Below, piece after piece: positions 53,300 through 64,000 of a stretch of 64,000 nucleotides of DNA. How positions within the stretch are numbered: position 1 is the first letter of the stretch; each line of letters opens with the position of its first letter. The notes under the pieces are model-generated. The model had not been told where the DNA came from, did not search any database, and saw nothing but the letters and a program-made list of their open reading frames with translations. The stretch is taken from NCBI RefSeq assembly GCF_009914755.1, contig NC_060928.1; one strand, 5' to 3'. The DNA comes from the human T2T-CHM13v2.0 reference genome, Homo sapiens. The translations under genes and the position numbers were made by a program.

Positions 53300-53795
53300 A
53301 AGCTAGATTTGGTGTTTAGAAGTGGGACTAGCCTCGGAGAAAAGAGGCAAGAAGAAGTTTGTTTGACAGGCATTAGGACCCAGGAGGCAAGGGTCAGGAT
53401 AGATAGGATAGATGGGCGAGTCTTGCTTGGGAGACATAACTTTGAGAGTTATGCTTATAGCTGCAGGGTCAACCAACTTTTTTCAGGACCCTGGAGCTGA
53501 ATGGCTTTCCTGTCCGTTGACTCTCAGCTCAGCCCAGAAGTACAGGAAAAGCAGAAGCTGGTTCCCAGCAAACCAACACTCCTGCCTCTAAAGAGTTGGG
53601 GGTTGTTAGAGAGCTCTTTCCCAGAAAGCCTGACACTCATGCCTTTAGTCTGGTGGCTGAGCTAGTCACTTTTAACTGGCCGACAGGTGCCCGGTGACTA
53701 GCCCCCAAACTCTAAGGAAAAATAGGACAGAATACCAAGCAAAAGGGGTCTGATGGCACTCAGTGTGTGGCAACATCCTGGATGAGCCCCCAAGA
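53300..53795 (-). mobile_element. HERV9-like leader (truncated internal region) with PBS at 53775-53792
   Basis: The reverse strand reads TGGGGGCTCATCCAGGAT three bases after the LTR, then 'tattctgtcctatttttccttagag..ccgggcacctgtcggccagttaaaag'. Confidence 0.75.
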
Positions 53796-54414
53796 TGTTT
53801 CTGGAGTTTCTTCCTGCTGGTGGGTTCGTGGTTTCAATGACTTCAAGCATGAAGCTGTGGACCTTCACAGGGAGTGTTACAGCTCTTAAAGGTGGCACGG
53901 ACCCAAAGAGTGAGCAGCAGCAAGATTTATTGTGAAGAGCAAAACAACAAAGCTTCCACAGCGTGGAAGGGGACCCAAGCATGTTGCTACTGCTGGCTGG
54001 GGTGGCCAGGTTTTATTCTCTTATTGACCTCTCCTATGTTCCATGTCTGTCCTATCAGAGTGCTCTTTTTTCAGTCCTCCCTGCGATTGGCTACTTTTAG
54101 AATCCTGTTGATTGGTGCGTTTTACAGAGCACTGGTTTGTTCATTTTACAGACTGCTGATTGGTGCATTTTACAGAGCACTAATTGGTGCATTTTACAAT
54201 CCTCTTGCTGGCTACAGAGCACTAATTGGTGTGTTTTTACAGAGCACTGATTGGTGTATTTTACAATCGGCTTGCTAGCTACAGAGAGCTGATTGGTGTG
54301 TTTTAGAATCCTAGCTACAGAGTGCTGATTGGTGCGTTTTACAATCCTCTTGTAAGACAGAAAAGTTATCCAAGTTCCCAATCTACCCAGAAGTCCAGCT
54401 GTCTTCATCTCTCA
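53796..54414 (-). mobile_element. LTR12-family (ERV9) 5' LTR with tandem CCAAT boxes
   Basis: TGAGAG..ACA termini on the minus strand. Eight ATTGG motifs in repeated gattggtg..ttttacagagcact units. LTR12 U5 'gagcagcagcaagatttattg'. Confidence 0.88.
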
Positions 54415-54654
54415 AGTCTAAAGTTTTTCTAGTAGATTTCTAAATGTTTTCTCAATATAAAAGCATGTCATATGCCAATAGTTTAAATTTTTTCTTCCCT
54501 ATATAGATTACTTTATTTCATATTCTTGTCTATTTGTCTTAACTAGAACCTCTAGTGGGATGTTGATTAGGAGTAGAGAGAGTGGATTTAGCCTTTCTAC
54601 ATTAAGTATAATGCTAGCTATGTGTTTTCTTATAGATGTCACTTATCAGGTTTG

Positions 54655-55118
54655 TGTCAGGCTAGGTTTCCCTCAACAATTAGAACAGTCAGTTTTCACT
54701 AATCCTTAACTATAATTTTAATGAATCCATAAGTTAAGCATTAAAGAACTAGACAAAGTTTTACCTGAGTACAAGGACTGGGATGAGAAAACAAACCCAT
54801 TCAGACCCCACCTTGGTTTTCACAGCCCCTACAGTCTGATAGAATAATAATAGCATTTTTACACATACACCTCATAAGATTAGATGGAGATTGAATAAAT
54901 CACTCCTTCTTGTAGGTGCACTCCCACACATAGGCATGCAGCTTAAAGTGTATCTAAGCACTAGAAAAACACTTGTAACTTTGAATTGATCTGGTGAGTT
55001 ACTGCAACCTTCTCCCTGTAACCAATTGCATAAATAAACTCCCCTCTTTCTGACTTTGTCTGCTTCTTGTTACTGGACCATGAGAACAAGCAGGTGGACC
55101 TTGTTCTGTCAGGGAACA
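54655..55118 (+). mobile_element. Solo LTR (ERVL class, possibly LTR47-like) inserted in a minus-strand L1M fragment
   Basis: TG...CA termini, perfect 5-bp TSD gtttg (54650-54654 and 55119-55123), AATAAA near the 3' end. Confidence 0.75.
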
Positions 55119-55269
55119 GTTTGAGGAAGTTTCCCTCTATTCCTACTTTATTGAATATTGTTATGATGAAAGATACTGGATTTCATTAATTTTTTTGTGC
55201 ATTCATGGAAATGATAATGAATTTCTCATTCTTCATTATAATTATATTGTGTATTACATTAATTGAAAG

Positions 55270-55528
55270 TGTTACAGGATCTTTGGGGTGTTGCTTTTCT
55301 GCTCAGAAACATCTGTGGCCAGTGGCACCTTTGCCCAAGTTCTTGTCATGCAGCCAGGAATAATGAGGTACACAGAAAAGTGAGGGGTGAGCAAGACAAA
55401 GAGGAGCTTTATGGAGCGTTAGAACAGCTCAGAGGAGGTATGCAGTGGTTAGCTCCTCTCTGTAGGCAGGTAGTCCCATCAGTTTTCAGCTCTCAGCAGA
55501 GGGGAGGCCCTGGAGAGGGTAGCTCCAC
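55270..55528 (-). mobile_element. MER52-type LTR fragment
   Basis: 'tgttacaggatctttggggtgttgcttttctg..ccaggaataatgaggtacacaga' matches the recalled MER52 end. Confidence 0.75.
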
Positions 55529-55529
55529 A

Positions 55530-56752
55530 TGAGAGAGATTATTTAAGCTATCTGGTAGAAGAAATGCCTAAGCAGCAAAGCATTCAAGAGGAAGCAGAGC
55601 ATAAAATTTTAGAAAATTTGCAGCCTAGTGATGCAATAGAAAAGAAAACTCCATTTTCTTGGGAGAACTTCAACCCTGCTGCAGAAATTTGCATAAATAA
55701 TGAAGAGCTGAATGTTAATCAACAAGACAATGGGGAAAATGTCTCCAGTGTATGTCAGAGCCCTTCATGGTAGCCTCTCCCATCACAGGCTCAGAGGCCC
55801 AGGAGGGAAAAATGATTTTCTGGGCTGGGCCAAGAGACACCCTGCTGTGTGCAGCCTAGCAACTTGGTGCCCTGTAATTCAGCTGTTCCAGCCATAGCTA
55901 AAAGAGACTAAATTAAAGCTCAGGCCATGGCTTCAGAGTGTGCAAGCCTCGAGCTTTGGCAGCTTCCATGTGGTGCTGAGCCTGCAGGTGCATAGAAGTC
56001 AAAACTTGAGGTTTGGGAATCTTTGCCTAGATTTCAGAGAATGTATGGAAATGCCTGGATGTCCAGGCAAAAGTTTGCTGCAGGGGTGGAGCCCTCATGG
56101 AGAATTCTACTAGGGCAGTGCAAAAGGGAAATGTGGTGTCAGAGTCCCCACTGGGGTACTGCTGAGTGGAGCTGTAAAAAGATGGCCACCATCCTCTAGA
56201 CTCCAGAATCATAGATCCAATGATAGCTTGCATCATGTACCTGAAAAAGACAGGCACTCAACAGCAGCCAGAGAAGGCAGTTGGATAGGGGCTGTACCCT
56301 GGAAAGCCACAGGGACAAAGCTGCTCAAGGCCATAGGAGCCCACCTCTTGCATCAACTTAACCTGGATGTGAGACATGGAGTCAAAGGATATCATTTTGG
56401 AACTTTACATTTTAAGGACTGCCCTATAGGATTTTGAACTTTAATGGGGACTGTAGCCCCTTTATTTGGTCCAATTTCTCTAATTTAGGATGGGTGTATT
56501 TATCCAATGCCTATACCTCCATTGTATCTAGGAAGTAACTAGCTTGCTTTTGATTTTACAGACTCATAGGTGGAAGATACTTGCTGTGTCTCAGATGAGA
56601 CTTTGGACTTGGACTTTTGGGTTAATACTAGAATGAGTTATGACTTTGGGGGACTGTTGAGAAGTCATGATTGTGTTTTGAAATGTGAGCACATAAAATT
56701 TGGGAGTTCCCAGAGGCAGAAAGATATGGTTTGACCGTGTCCCCACTGAAAT
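55530..56752 (+). mobile_element. THE1 internal region (3' part) plus first ~30 bp of an LTR
   Basis: Colinear with 18105-19430 of this window. Ends 'gatatggtttgaccgtgtccccac'. Confidence 0.85.
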
Positions 56753-56769
56753 GTATGTTCCAAGGAAGC

Positions 56770-56884
56770 TGAGACGGGGTTTCACCGCATTAGCCAGGAT
56801 GGTCTCGATCTCCTGACCTCATGATCTGCCCTCCTCTGCCTCCCAAAGTGCTGGGGTTACAGGCATGAGCCACCATGACCGGCC
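56770..56884 (-). mobile_element. Alu left-arm fragment
   Basis: 'gagacggggtttcaccgcattagccaggatggtctcgatctcctgacctc...ccggcc'. Confidence 0.9.
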
Positions 56885-57487
56885 TAGTCAAAGCTGTTTT
56901 ACAAGTCTCTAGAAAGTTCCAAACTTGTACATATCTTTCTGTCTTCTGAGCTCTCCAAGTCTCTAGGAAGTTCCAAACTTTCTCACAATTTCCTGTCTTC
57001 TCCTGAGCACTCCAAACTGTTCCAACCTCTGTCTATTACCCACTTCCAAAGACACTTCCACATTTTCAGGTATCTTTACAGCAACACCCCACTCTCAGTG
57101 GTACCAATTTACTGTATTAGTTTCTTCTGACACTGCTATTAATAACTGCCTGAGACTGGGTAATTTATAGAGGAAAGAGGTTTAATTAACTCACAGTTCT
57201 GCAGGGCTGGTGAGGCTTCACGAAACTTACAATCATGACTGAAGGGGAGGAAAACACATCCTTCTTCACATGGATGGAGGAAAGAGAAGAATCAGCAATA
57301 GCAGGGAAAGCCCCTTATAAAACCATCACATCTTATGAGAATTCACTCACTATCACAAGAACAGCATGAGGGTAACCGCCCCTATGATTTAATTACCTCC
57401 CACTGGATTTCTCCCAGGACATATGAAAATTATGGGAACTACAATTCAAGATGAGATTTGGATGGGGACAGAGCCAAATTATATCAG
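56885..57487 (-). mobile_element. THE1 5' LTR (57113-57487) and start of internal region
   Basis: 'tgtattagt..gagactgggtaatttatagaggaaagaggtttaatt..gggacagagccaaattatatca', preceded by 'ggtaccaatttac'. Confidence 0.85.
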
Positions 57488-57626
57488 TGAACTTTCTATG
57501 TTCCAAAATATAATTATTTCTATTTTTCTGAAAAATAACATGATCGAAAAAATTAAAAATTTGACATCCAAGAAAGATATGATGCTGAGGATGGAAGAAA
57601 GGAATTAAGAATGAAAGTTGGAAAAC

Positions 57627-58270
57627 ATGTTCAGGGTGCCTGACTAGAAGGTACTAGTGTGCATGGCTCTCATGGAGAGTAATGAAAAGAGCAAGTAAAT
57701 ACAACACTTTCAAGTGAAACATCCAGGGACTTGCATTGAGAATAATCAAGAAAATAACTTGACCCACAGAGATTAAAGAAAAACAGGACAGGATAATGGT
57801 CCACCTGGGAGCAACAAGCAGCTAGGGGAACCCCACCCTCCCAGGGAAGCATTGAGTAATTGTGCAACCACAGGAAACCATACTTCTCCCAAGAATCTTT
57901 GCAACCCTCAAGTCAAGAAGTCTACCTGTGAACTCACATCAACAGGGCCTTCATTCTGACAGCCAGAAAAAGGTGGAGTCTCAGCAGAGCATCTACTCAG
58001 GCATGCGAGGTGACCCTGGAACCTTAGCTATGTGGGCTTTCTGGCAAAAGTAACTGCAGCTTTGGCAAATTAGGAGATTAGAACCACATACATATCCCTA
58101 GGAAAAAGGCTGAATCCAAGGGACTGAGAAGATACAGCCTGCAGGCCCCACTTTCACAGCACCTCACAGGTGAGCACCCACTGGCTTAAAATTCCAGCAA
58201 GCCACCAATAGCGGCATTGCACCTCCATAAGAAGGAGCTCTCAGTGGGAGTGGCAGGCTGCCACCTTTGC
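57627..58270 (+). mobile_element. Older primate L1 5'UTR fragment
   Basis: 'gactagaaggtactagtgtgcatggctctcatggagag', 'cctaggaaaaaggctgaatccaagggactgag'. Confidence 0.6.
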
Positions 58271-58914
58271 TGGCCTTTATTCTTAGTTTTTCTCTCCCAT
58301 CACGGAAATTCCATCCTATGAGTGGACTGGGGCAATGGCTATTTGGTACTCAGTATTCTTTGTGCCGTTCTTGAGTTGAATCTCTGAGTTATGACTGTGG
58401 CTGAATGAAAGATGTGAGACCCTTCTTAGCCACACTTGCCTAGAATTAAGCTTCTGGAGCATATGCCTGAGTCTATATATATAAAAAAATCAGAGAGACA
58501 CCTTTTCTCAACTGCATACCCTGACACTCAACTGGGAGCTTTGAAGAGTGAGAGCCCTGTGGTAGCATCAGCACCTCCCTGGAAGAGAGGGAGTTTCTGT
58601 CACTGAACTAGGAGGGGGGGCAAATGAGCATGTTGTGGCTTAAATGCCAAAGACACTTGCTGTTTTCACTACAAATTACTGGATTTTCTTCAGTGAATGT
58701 TACTTTATTATATGCCTTTAGGATTATTGCCAGGGACACCAAATGGTTGTTTTAAAAAACAATTTTCACCAGTTATTCCTGTTTCCCTTGAAATTTCCTC
58801 CATGGAACTTTTTATGCTACCATTTGAGAATGGTCTATTTCAGAATGTCTTGTAAAGTCTCTCTACTTTCCGCATATATTAAAACAATCAATCAAAAAGT
58901 AAAAAGTAATATTC

Positions 58915-59683
58915 TTTCTTTTAATTTTTATTTTATGTTTGGGGTACATGTGAAGGTTTGTTATGTAGGTAAACTTGTGTCATGGTGGTTTGTTGTACAG
59001 ATTATTTTGTCACCCAAGTATTAAGTTTAGTACCCAATAGTTATTTTTTCTGCTCCTCTACCTCCTCCAACCTTCCACCATCTGAAAGTCTCTAGTGTCT
59101 GTTGTTTTCCTCTATGTGTTCATATGTCCTAATCATTTAGCTCCAACTTACAAGTGAGGACATGCAGTGTTTGGTTTTCTTTTCCTGCATTAGTTCATTA
59201 ATTTGCAAAGGATAATGTGCTCCATCTTCCATCATATTCCTCCTGCAAAAGACATAGTCTTGCTTTTCTTGTGGCTTCATAGTATTCCATGTTGAATGTG
59301 TACCACATTTTCTTTACCCAGTCTACCACTGATAAGCATTTAGGTTGATTCCATGTCCTTGCTAATAATTAGTGATGTTGAGCATTTTTCATATGCTTGT
59401 TGGCTAGGAAATACCATCCTATGCATAGAAATGGGCAAAGCTTTTATGAAGCAGATGCCAAAAGCAATTGCAACAGAAACAAATGATGACAAATGGGATC
59501 TGGTAAAAATAAAGAGCATCTGCACAGCAAAAGAAACTATGAACACTCTGAATATAAAACCTACAGAATGGTACCAAATGTTCACAAACTATACCTCTGA
59601 CAAAGTTCTAATGTCCAGCATCTATAATGAATATAAACAAATTAAAAAAAAACAACTTTATTAAAATGTGGGCAAAGAACAGG
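58915..59683 (-). mobile_element. L1PA (older) with 5' inversion
   Basis: Minus-strand 3' end at 58915-59403, then plus-oriented ORF2 piece (EMGKAFMKQMPKAIAT) to 59683. aaaagtaa-containing TSD-like flanks. Confidence 0.75.
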
Positions 59684-59895
59684 AAAAGTAAATTTTTATT
59701 TATCAGAAAATTGCAATTTAAGGACTAGAGATAGGAGACAAATCCATGACAAGGTTCAGGTCAAGGCAAAGCTCATAAGAAGTTGGCATTGACCAGGAGT
59801 TAGTATTGTCATTATAACAGTGGGTTAGTGGTCAAAAGTATGAAAGCACATGGCCTCAGTTTGAATCCTGAGCTGACATCTACCTGTCTTATTAA

Positions 59896-60710
59896 AAGGA
59901 TATGAAAAGACACTTCTCAAAAGAAGATGTTTATGCAGCCAACAAATATATGAAAAAAAGATCAACATCACTGGTCATTAGAGAAATGCAGATCAAAACC
60001 ACAGTGGGATACCATCTCATGCCAGTTAGAATGGTGACCACTAAAAAGTCAGGAAATAACAGATGCTGGAGAGGATGTGGAGAAATAGGAATGCTTTTAC
60101 ACTGTTGGTGGGAGTGTAAATTTGTTCTACCATTGTGGAAGACAGTGTGGTGATTCCTCAAGGATCTAGAACAAGAAATATCATTCGACCCAGTGATCCC
60201 ATTACTGAGTATATACCCAAAAGCTTATAAATCATTCTACTATGAAGATACATGCACACGTACATTTATTGTGGCACTGTTCACAATAGCAAAGACTTGG
60301 AACCAACCCAAATTTCCATCAATGATAGGTTGAATAAAGTGGCACATATACACCATGGAATACTATGCAGCCATAAAAAAGGCTGAGCTCATGTCATTTG
60401 CAGGGACATGGATGAAGCTGGAAACCATCATTCTCAGCAAACTAACACAAGAACAGAAAATAAAACACCGCATGCTCTCACTCATAAGTGGGAGTTGAAC
60501 ATTGAGTACACATGGACACAGGGAGGGGAACATCACACACTGGGGCCTGTCAGGGGGTAGAAGGGTAGGGGAGAAATAGCATTAGGAGAAATACCTAATG
60601 TAGATGACAGGTTGATGGGTGCAGCAAACCACCACGGCACATGTATACCTATGTAACCAACCTGCACATTCTGCACATGTATCCCAGAACTTAAAGTATA
60701 ATAAAAAAAA
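59896..60710 (+). mobile_element. L1PA 3' end (5'-truncated)
   Basis: ORF2 C-terminus [19 protein letters not shown], 3'UTR ending 'cttaaagtataataaaaaaaa'. Confidence 0.92.
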
Positions 60711-60731
60711 TTTTAAAAATAAAGAATAAAT

Positions 60732-60920
60732 TGTCTCTACAAAAAACTTCTTAAAAAATTAGCCTAGTGTTGTGGTGTTCCTGTAGTCCTAGCTACTCAG
60801 CAGGCTGAGGTGGGAGGATCCCTAGAGCCTAGGAGTCAGAGGTTACAGTAAGCTTCAATGTCACCACTGCATTTCAGCCTGTGCAACAGAGAGAGAGACC
60901 CTGTCTCAAAACAAAAGAAA
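60732..60920 (+). mobile_element. AluJ/FRAM right-arm fragment
   Basis: 'aaaattagcctagtg..ctgtagtcctagctactcag..gaccctgtctcaaaa'. Confidence 0.85.
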
Positions 60921-62614
60921 AGGATTACCAAACCCAAACATAAAGCTTTTAGAGAAAAATAGGAGCCATCTCCCTTGATTACTTGGCAGCAGGCAAAGCT
61001 TTCTTAGACAGATTACAGAAAAAGCATAAAAGAAAAAATAATAAAATAATAAATTAGACTTCATAAACAAATGACAACAGTGAAAACTCCCACTCACAAG
61101 ACACTGTAGAAACAATCCAAGTATCCACCAATTGGAGAATGAATAAACAAACGAGGTGCAGAATATGCAGTATACTCATATACATCTGTGACACGCAACA
61201 ATACAGATGAATCCAAAACATGTTAGGCTGAGTGGAATCTAGCCACAAAAGAGCACATACTGAATGCATAATTTCATATATAAGATATTCTAAAACAATC
61301 TCCTCTGGGAAGCAAGGGCTGAGTTGGACTGCAAAGAGGCATGAAGGGACATTTGTGTGGTCATAATAATGTCTTATGGGTTTGGGTTTATAGAGGTGTA
61401 AGCATTTGTTGAAACTCAAAAAATGTATAGTGAAGATACATGCATTTCGTTGTATGCAAATTTTATAATGAAATACTGAAAAATATACTGTAGTCAATTA
61501 TATATATATATGCTGACTATGAGTAAAAAAAGCACATCTCTTCCTAGATTTTACTGTTAAATTGAATGAATAAAAATCATATATCTTTCTTATCTGGTTA
61601 TTGTGAGTAGCCATGCAATGGTTCTTAGAATACTTGCTGAAATTATTCTCATCATAAAGAGATTCTTAGTAAATGTTTGCTACTATCACCGTTTTTTCTT
61701 GTTGTATTTTGATTTTAGAATTTAAGAAGAGTTCAATATTTTACTTTGAGACATTGCATTGAATGCTTTGAGGCATTTAGTGTTAAAATAATTATGGACT
61801 AATAGACAAATAATAAGGATGGATATAAGTATATGCTTACCAAGTTAAAATTATGAAGTGTTAATGCATAGCACTGTAGCAATAGCAATGGAGGTAACTT
61901 CTGTTCTTGTTATTTAAAGATCACAGTGGGAAGACTGTGTTTTTCAGAGGGTGACATTAATCCTGATTTATGTTTTTAATACAATTGTAAAAAACTATAA
62001 TCAAGAAGTTACATAATACAAAGAACCAATACAATGCATGTCATTTCATATACATTCAATATGTGTTAACTATTCAAAAATTATCTTTATTTTTCAACAC
62101 CAGAATGAGTTTATTAAAATTAATATTAAAAACATAATAGTAAATATTAAAATTATTTAATTTTTGTTAATGTAACTATTAATAAAATAGCATAACTAAA
62201 ATTATTGTGTGTACTGAAATAATTTAAAAACAACAAATTTCTGGTTTCAGACATTTTGGCTGTTAAACAGAAATATTCCAATTTATCTCTTTCAAGCCCG
62301 TTATTTTATAATTATTTCAAATGAGACAAAAGCAACCACAACCACAATAACAAAGAATATGGTCACTTTTATACTAGTATCTTATTTTTTTCAATTGTTT
62401 TAAACAGGTAAATTTGAAAGGCGTAGTGGTTTACAATTCATCAGTGATGGGATTAAAAATATTAACATCATAATTATTTCCTTATAATTAAATAGAAGAG
62501 GAACTAGTGATTGATTATGTCATGCCAATTTACTGAAAATAAAGCATTTTGGAAGAGTTTTAAAAACAATAAAAAAATTGAGTAACTAATGTGAGATGAT
62601 TGACACATGCTTAC

Positions 62615-62975
62615 CTGCTTCATTATAGCAACCTTTTCACTACATATTTGCATCTGATGATAGCATCTCGTATACATTATATATACCAAATAAAATTTAT
62701 CCAGAAAAATAACATTTGATGAGCTCTCATGCTGAAAGACTGGCATAAACATGGTGAAAACTAGACAGTACTCTAATAATATTTATGTTTCCCTGCTTCA
62801 ACTTTGTTCTCAGTCTTCTTTATAATGTGTTGTTACCATCTTCAGCAATTCCTATTTCATTTTTGACTATTTTAAAACTTATGCACTAGCCTAGAACCTC
62901 TGATAAACATTTCCACTAAAACCACCAAAGTGAAGTATAGGCGACACTCCAGTATGAAGTGTGTTACCATTTCAT
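62615..62975 (-). pseudogene. Probable highly decayed, internally deleted UGT2 first exon
   Basis: Minus strand reads ATG AAA TGG..YFT..GGFSGNV..CISFKIVKNEI..LRTKLKQGNINII..FMPVFQHESSSNVIFLDK..CYNEA-G|GTAAGC, in UGT2 exon-1 order. Confidence 0.45.
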
Positions 62976-63400
62976 GATAAAGACTGGGGATTTTTTCCCA
63001 TATAAAATGCTGTCACTGGAAATAAAAGACAGGCTGTTATTTTTCAGTTGCAACTGAAATATCCCTACATAAGGAGAAAGGGTGTTTGTAATGATTGAAT
63101 TAGGAGACAGACAACCTAGAAAATTATTGAACTTTTATTGTTTAAGAGGTAACTACAGTTGAAATAGAAATAAAGATAATTTGTTCTAGCCATAAAGAAC
63201 GTAACTGTGTATAAAAAAAATGGTAACTGTTGTAATTAATTGTATTTTTCCCCCAGGACTGGAACATAAATATAAACATGCTAGATTTTATTTTTGAGTT
63301 TTTAAATAATAAATGGTGAATCTGTTTTTTTTCTGTTGAAGTATTTTCATCATGATTGGCTGTTAGCCATGTTTTCAATCTTTGTTCTTCAGAGTCTCAC

Positions 63401-63483
63401 CAAGGCCATTCTGGACTACCCACTATACAGCGAAGTATTGATACTAAGGTATCTGATTTCCTGTCATCAAATTTCCATGTGAT
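63401..63483 (-). pseudogene. Decayed UGT2B-type exon 4
   Basis: Minus strand ITWKFDDRKSDTL/INTSLY/WVVQNGL-G|gtgag. The adjacent intron resembles the end of UGT2B10 intron 3 (tctttttagaattctaaca vs tctttttacagttctaaca). The acceptor AG is lost. Confidence 0.8.
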
Positions 63484-64000
63484 CATTTATATAAAGAAAA
63501 TACTTTGTTCTGAGTCAAATTCAAATTAAACCATATTTGTTAGAATTCTAAAAAGACTGAGAACCCTACTAAATGCCTTCTATATAGCAGACAAAGAAAA
63601 CAGAATAGGACAGGTTAATTAATGAGAACTACTAGAAGACTGAAGTAAGCAGAACAACTATATTTCCTGGACTTATTTTTACATTAGATCAGTTTAAATG
63701 CAATCATAATATTTCATACATAGTGACTTAAACAATTGAGATAATAAATGAAAAATTCAAGTATTTAATTGTTAGACAGTCATAATTCTGGTGTGAAGAA
63801 GAGTAACAAATTAATAATGGTCCACACTTTTTAAATTAATGTTTGTACTATACTCACTCTCTTCTTCCAAATTTATTATTAAGCTTTTTTATTTTTAAAA
63901 CAATGAAATGGGAGACAGTTTACTTATATCCACTTGTTCCATAGTTACAGTCTGACATCTTTTGATTTACAAACAAAGCAAATCTATGTAATCCTCTCTG

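Noticed and set aside
54085-54350. Repeat-spacer-like array reminiscent of CRISPR
   Set aside because: These are LTR12 U3 tandem CCAAT units in mammalian DNA, with no unique spacers or cas genes.

Overview
AT-rich, repeat-dense primate DNA, almost certainly the human chr4q13 UGT2 cluster. It contains one complete, intact protein-coding gene, UGT2B10 (+ strand, 6 exons, CDS 27056..41915, 1587 nt, 528 aa). This copy has Leu34 in place of the usual catalytic His, the Asp67 allele, and an intact intron-2 acceptor. Around the gene I read several UGT2 fossils that the ORF track hardly shows. Two decayed first exons lie upstream on the same strand: a UGT2C1-like one at ~8410-9200 and a divergent 2B-like one at 25035-25762 with a perfect phase-1 donor. 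Downstream there is a direct-repeat copy of UGT2B10 intron 2 (~46300-48300), plus minus-strand relics of exon 3 (45252-45383, frame and splice sites intact), exon 1 (62615-62975, very decayed) and exon 4 (63401-63483). The rest is L1 (two twin-primed), Alu, MER30, MLT1/LTR40, THE1, a 5'-truncated and internally deleted HERV30-like provirus, and an LTR12/ERV9 5' LTR with a tRNA-Pro-type PBS. The leading hypothesis is a fossil tandem array of alternative UGT2 first exons in front of shared exons 2-6. Repeat subfamily names come from recalled consensus sequences and their boundaries are approximate.
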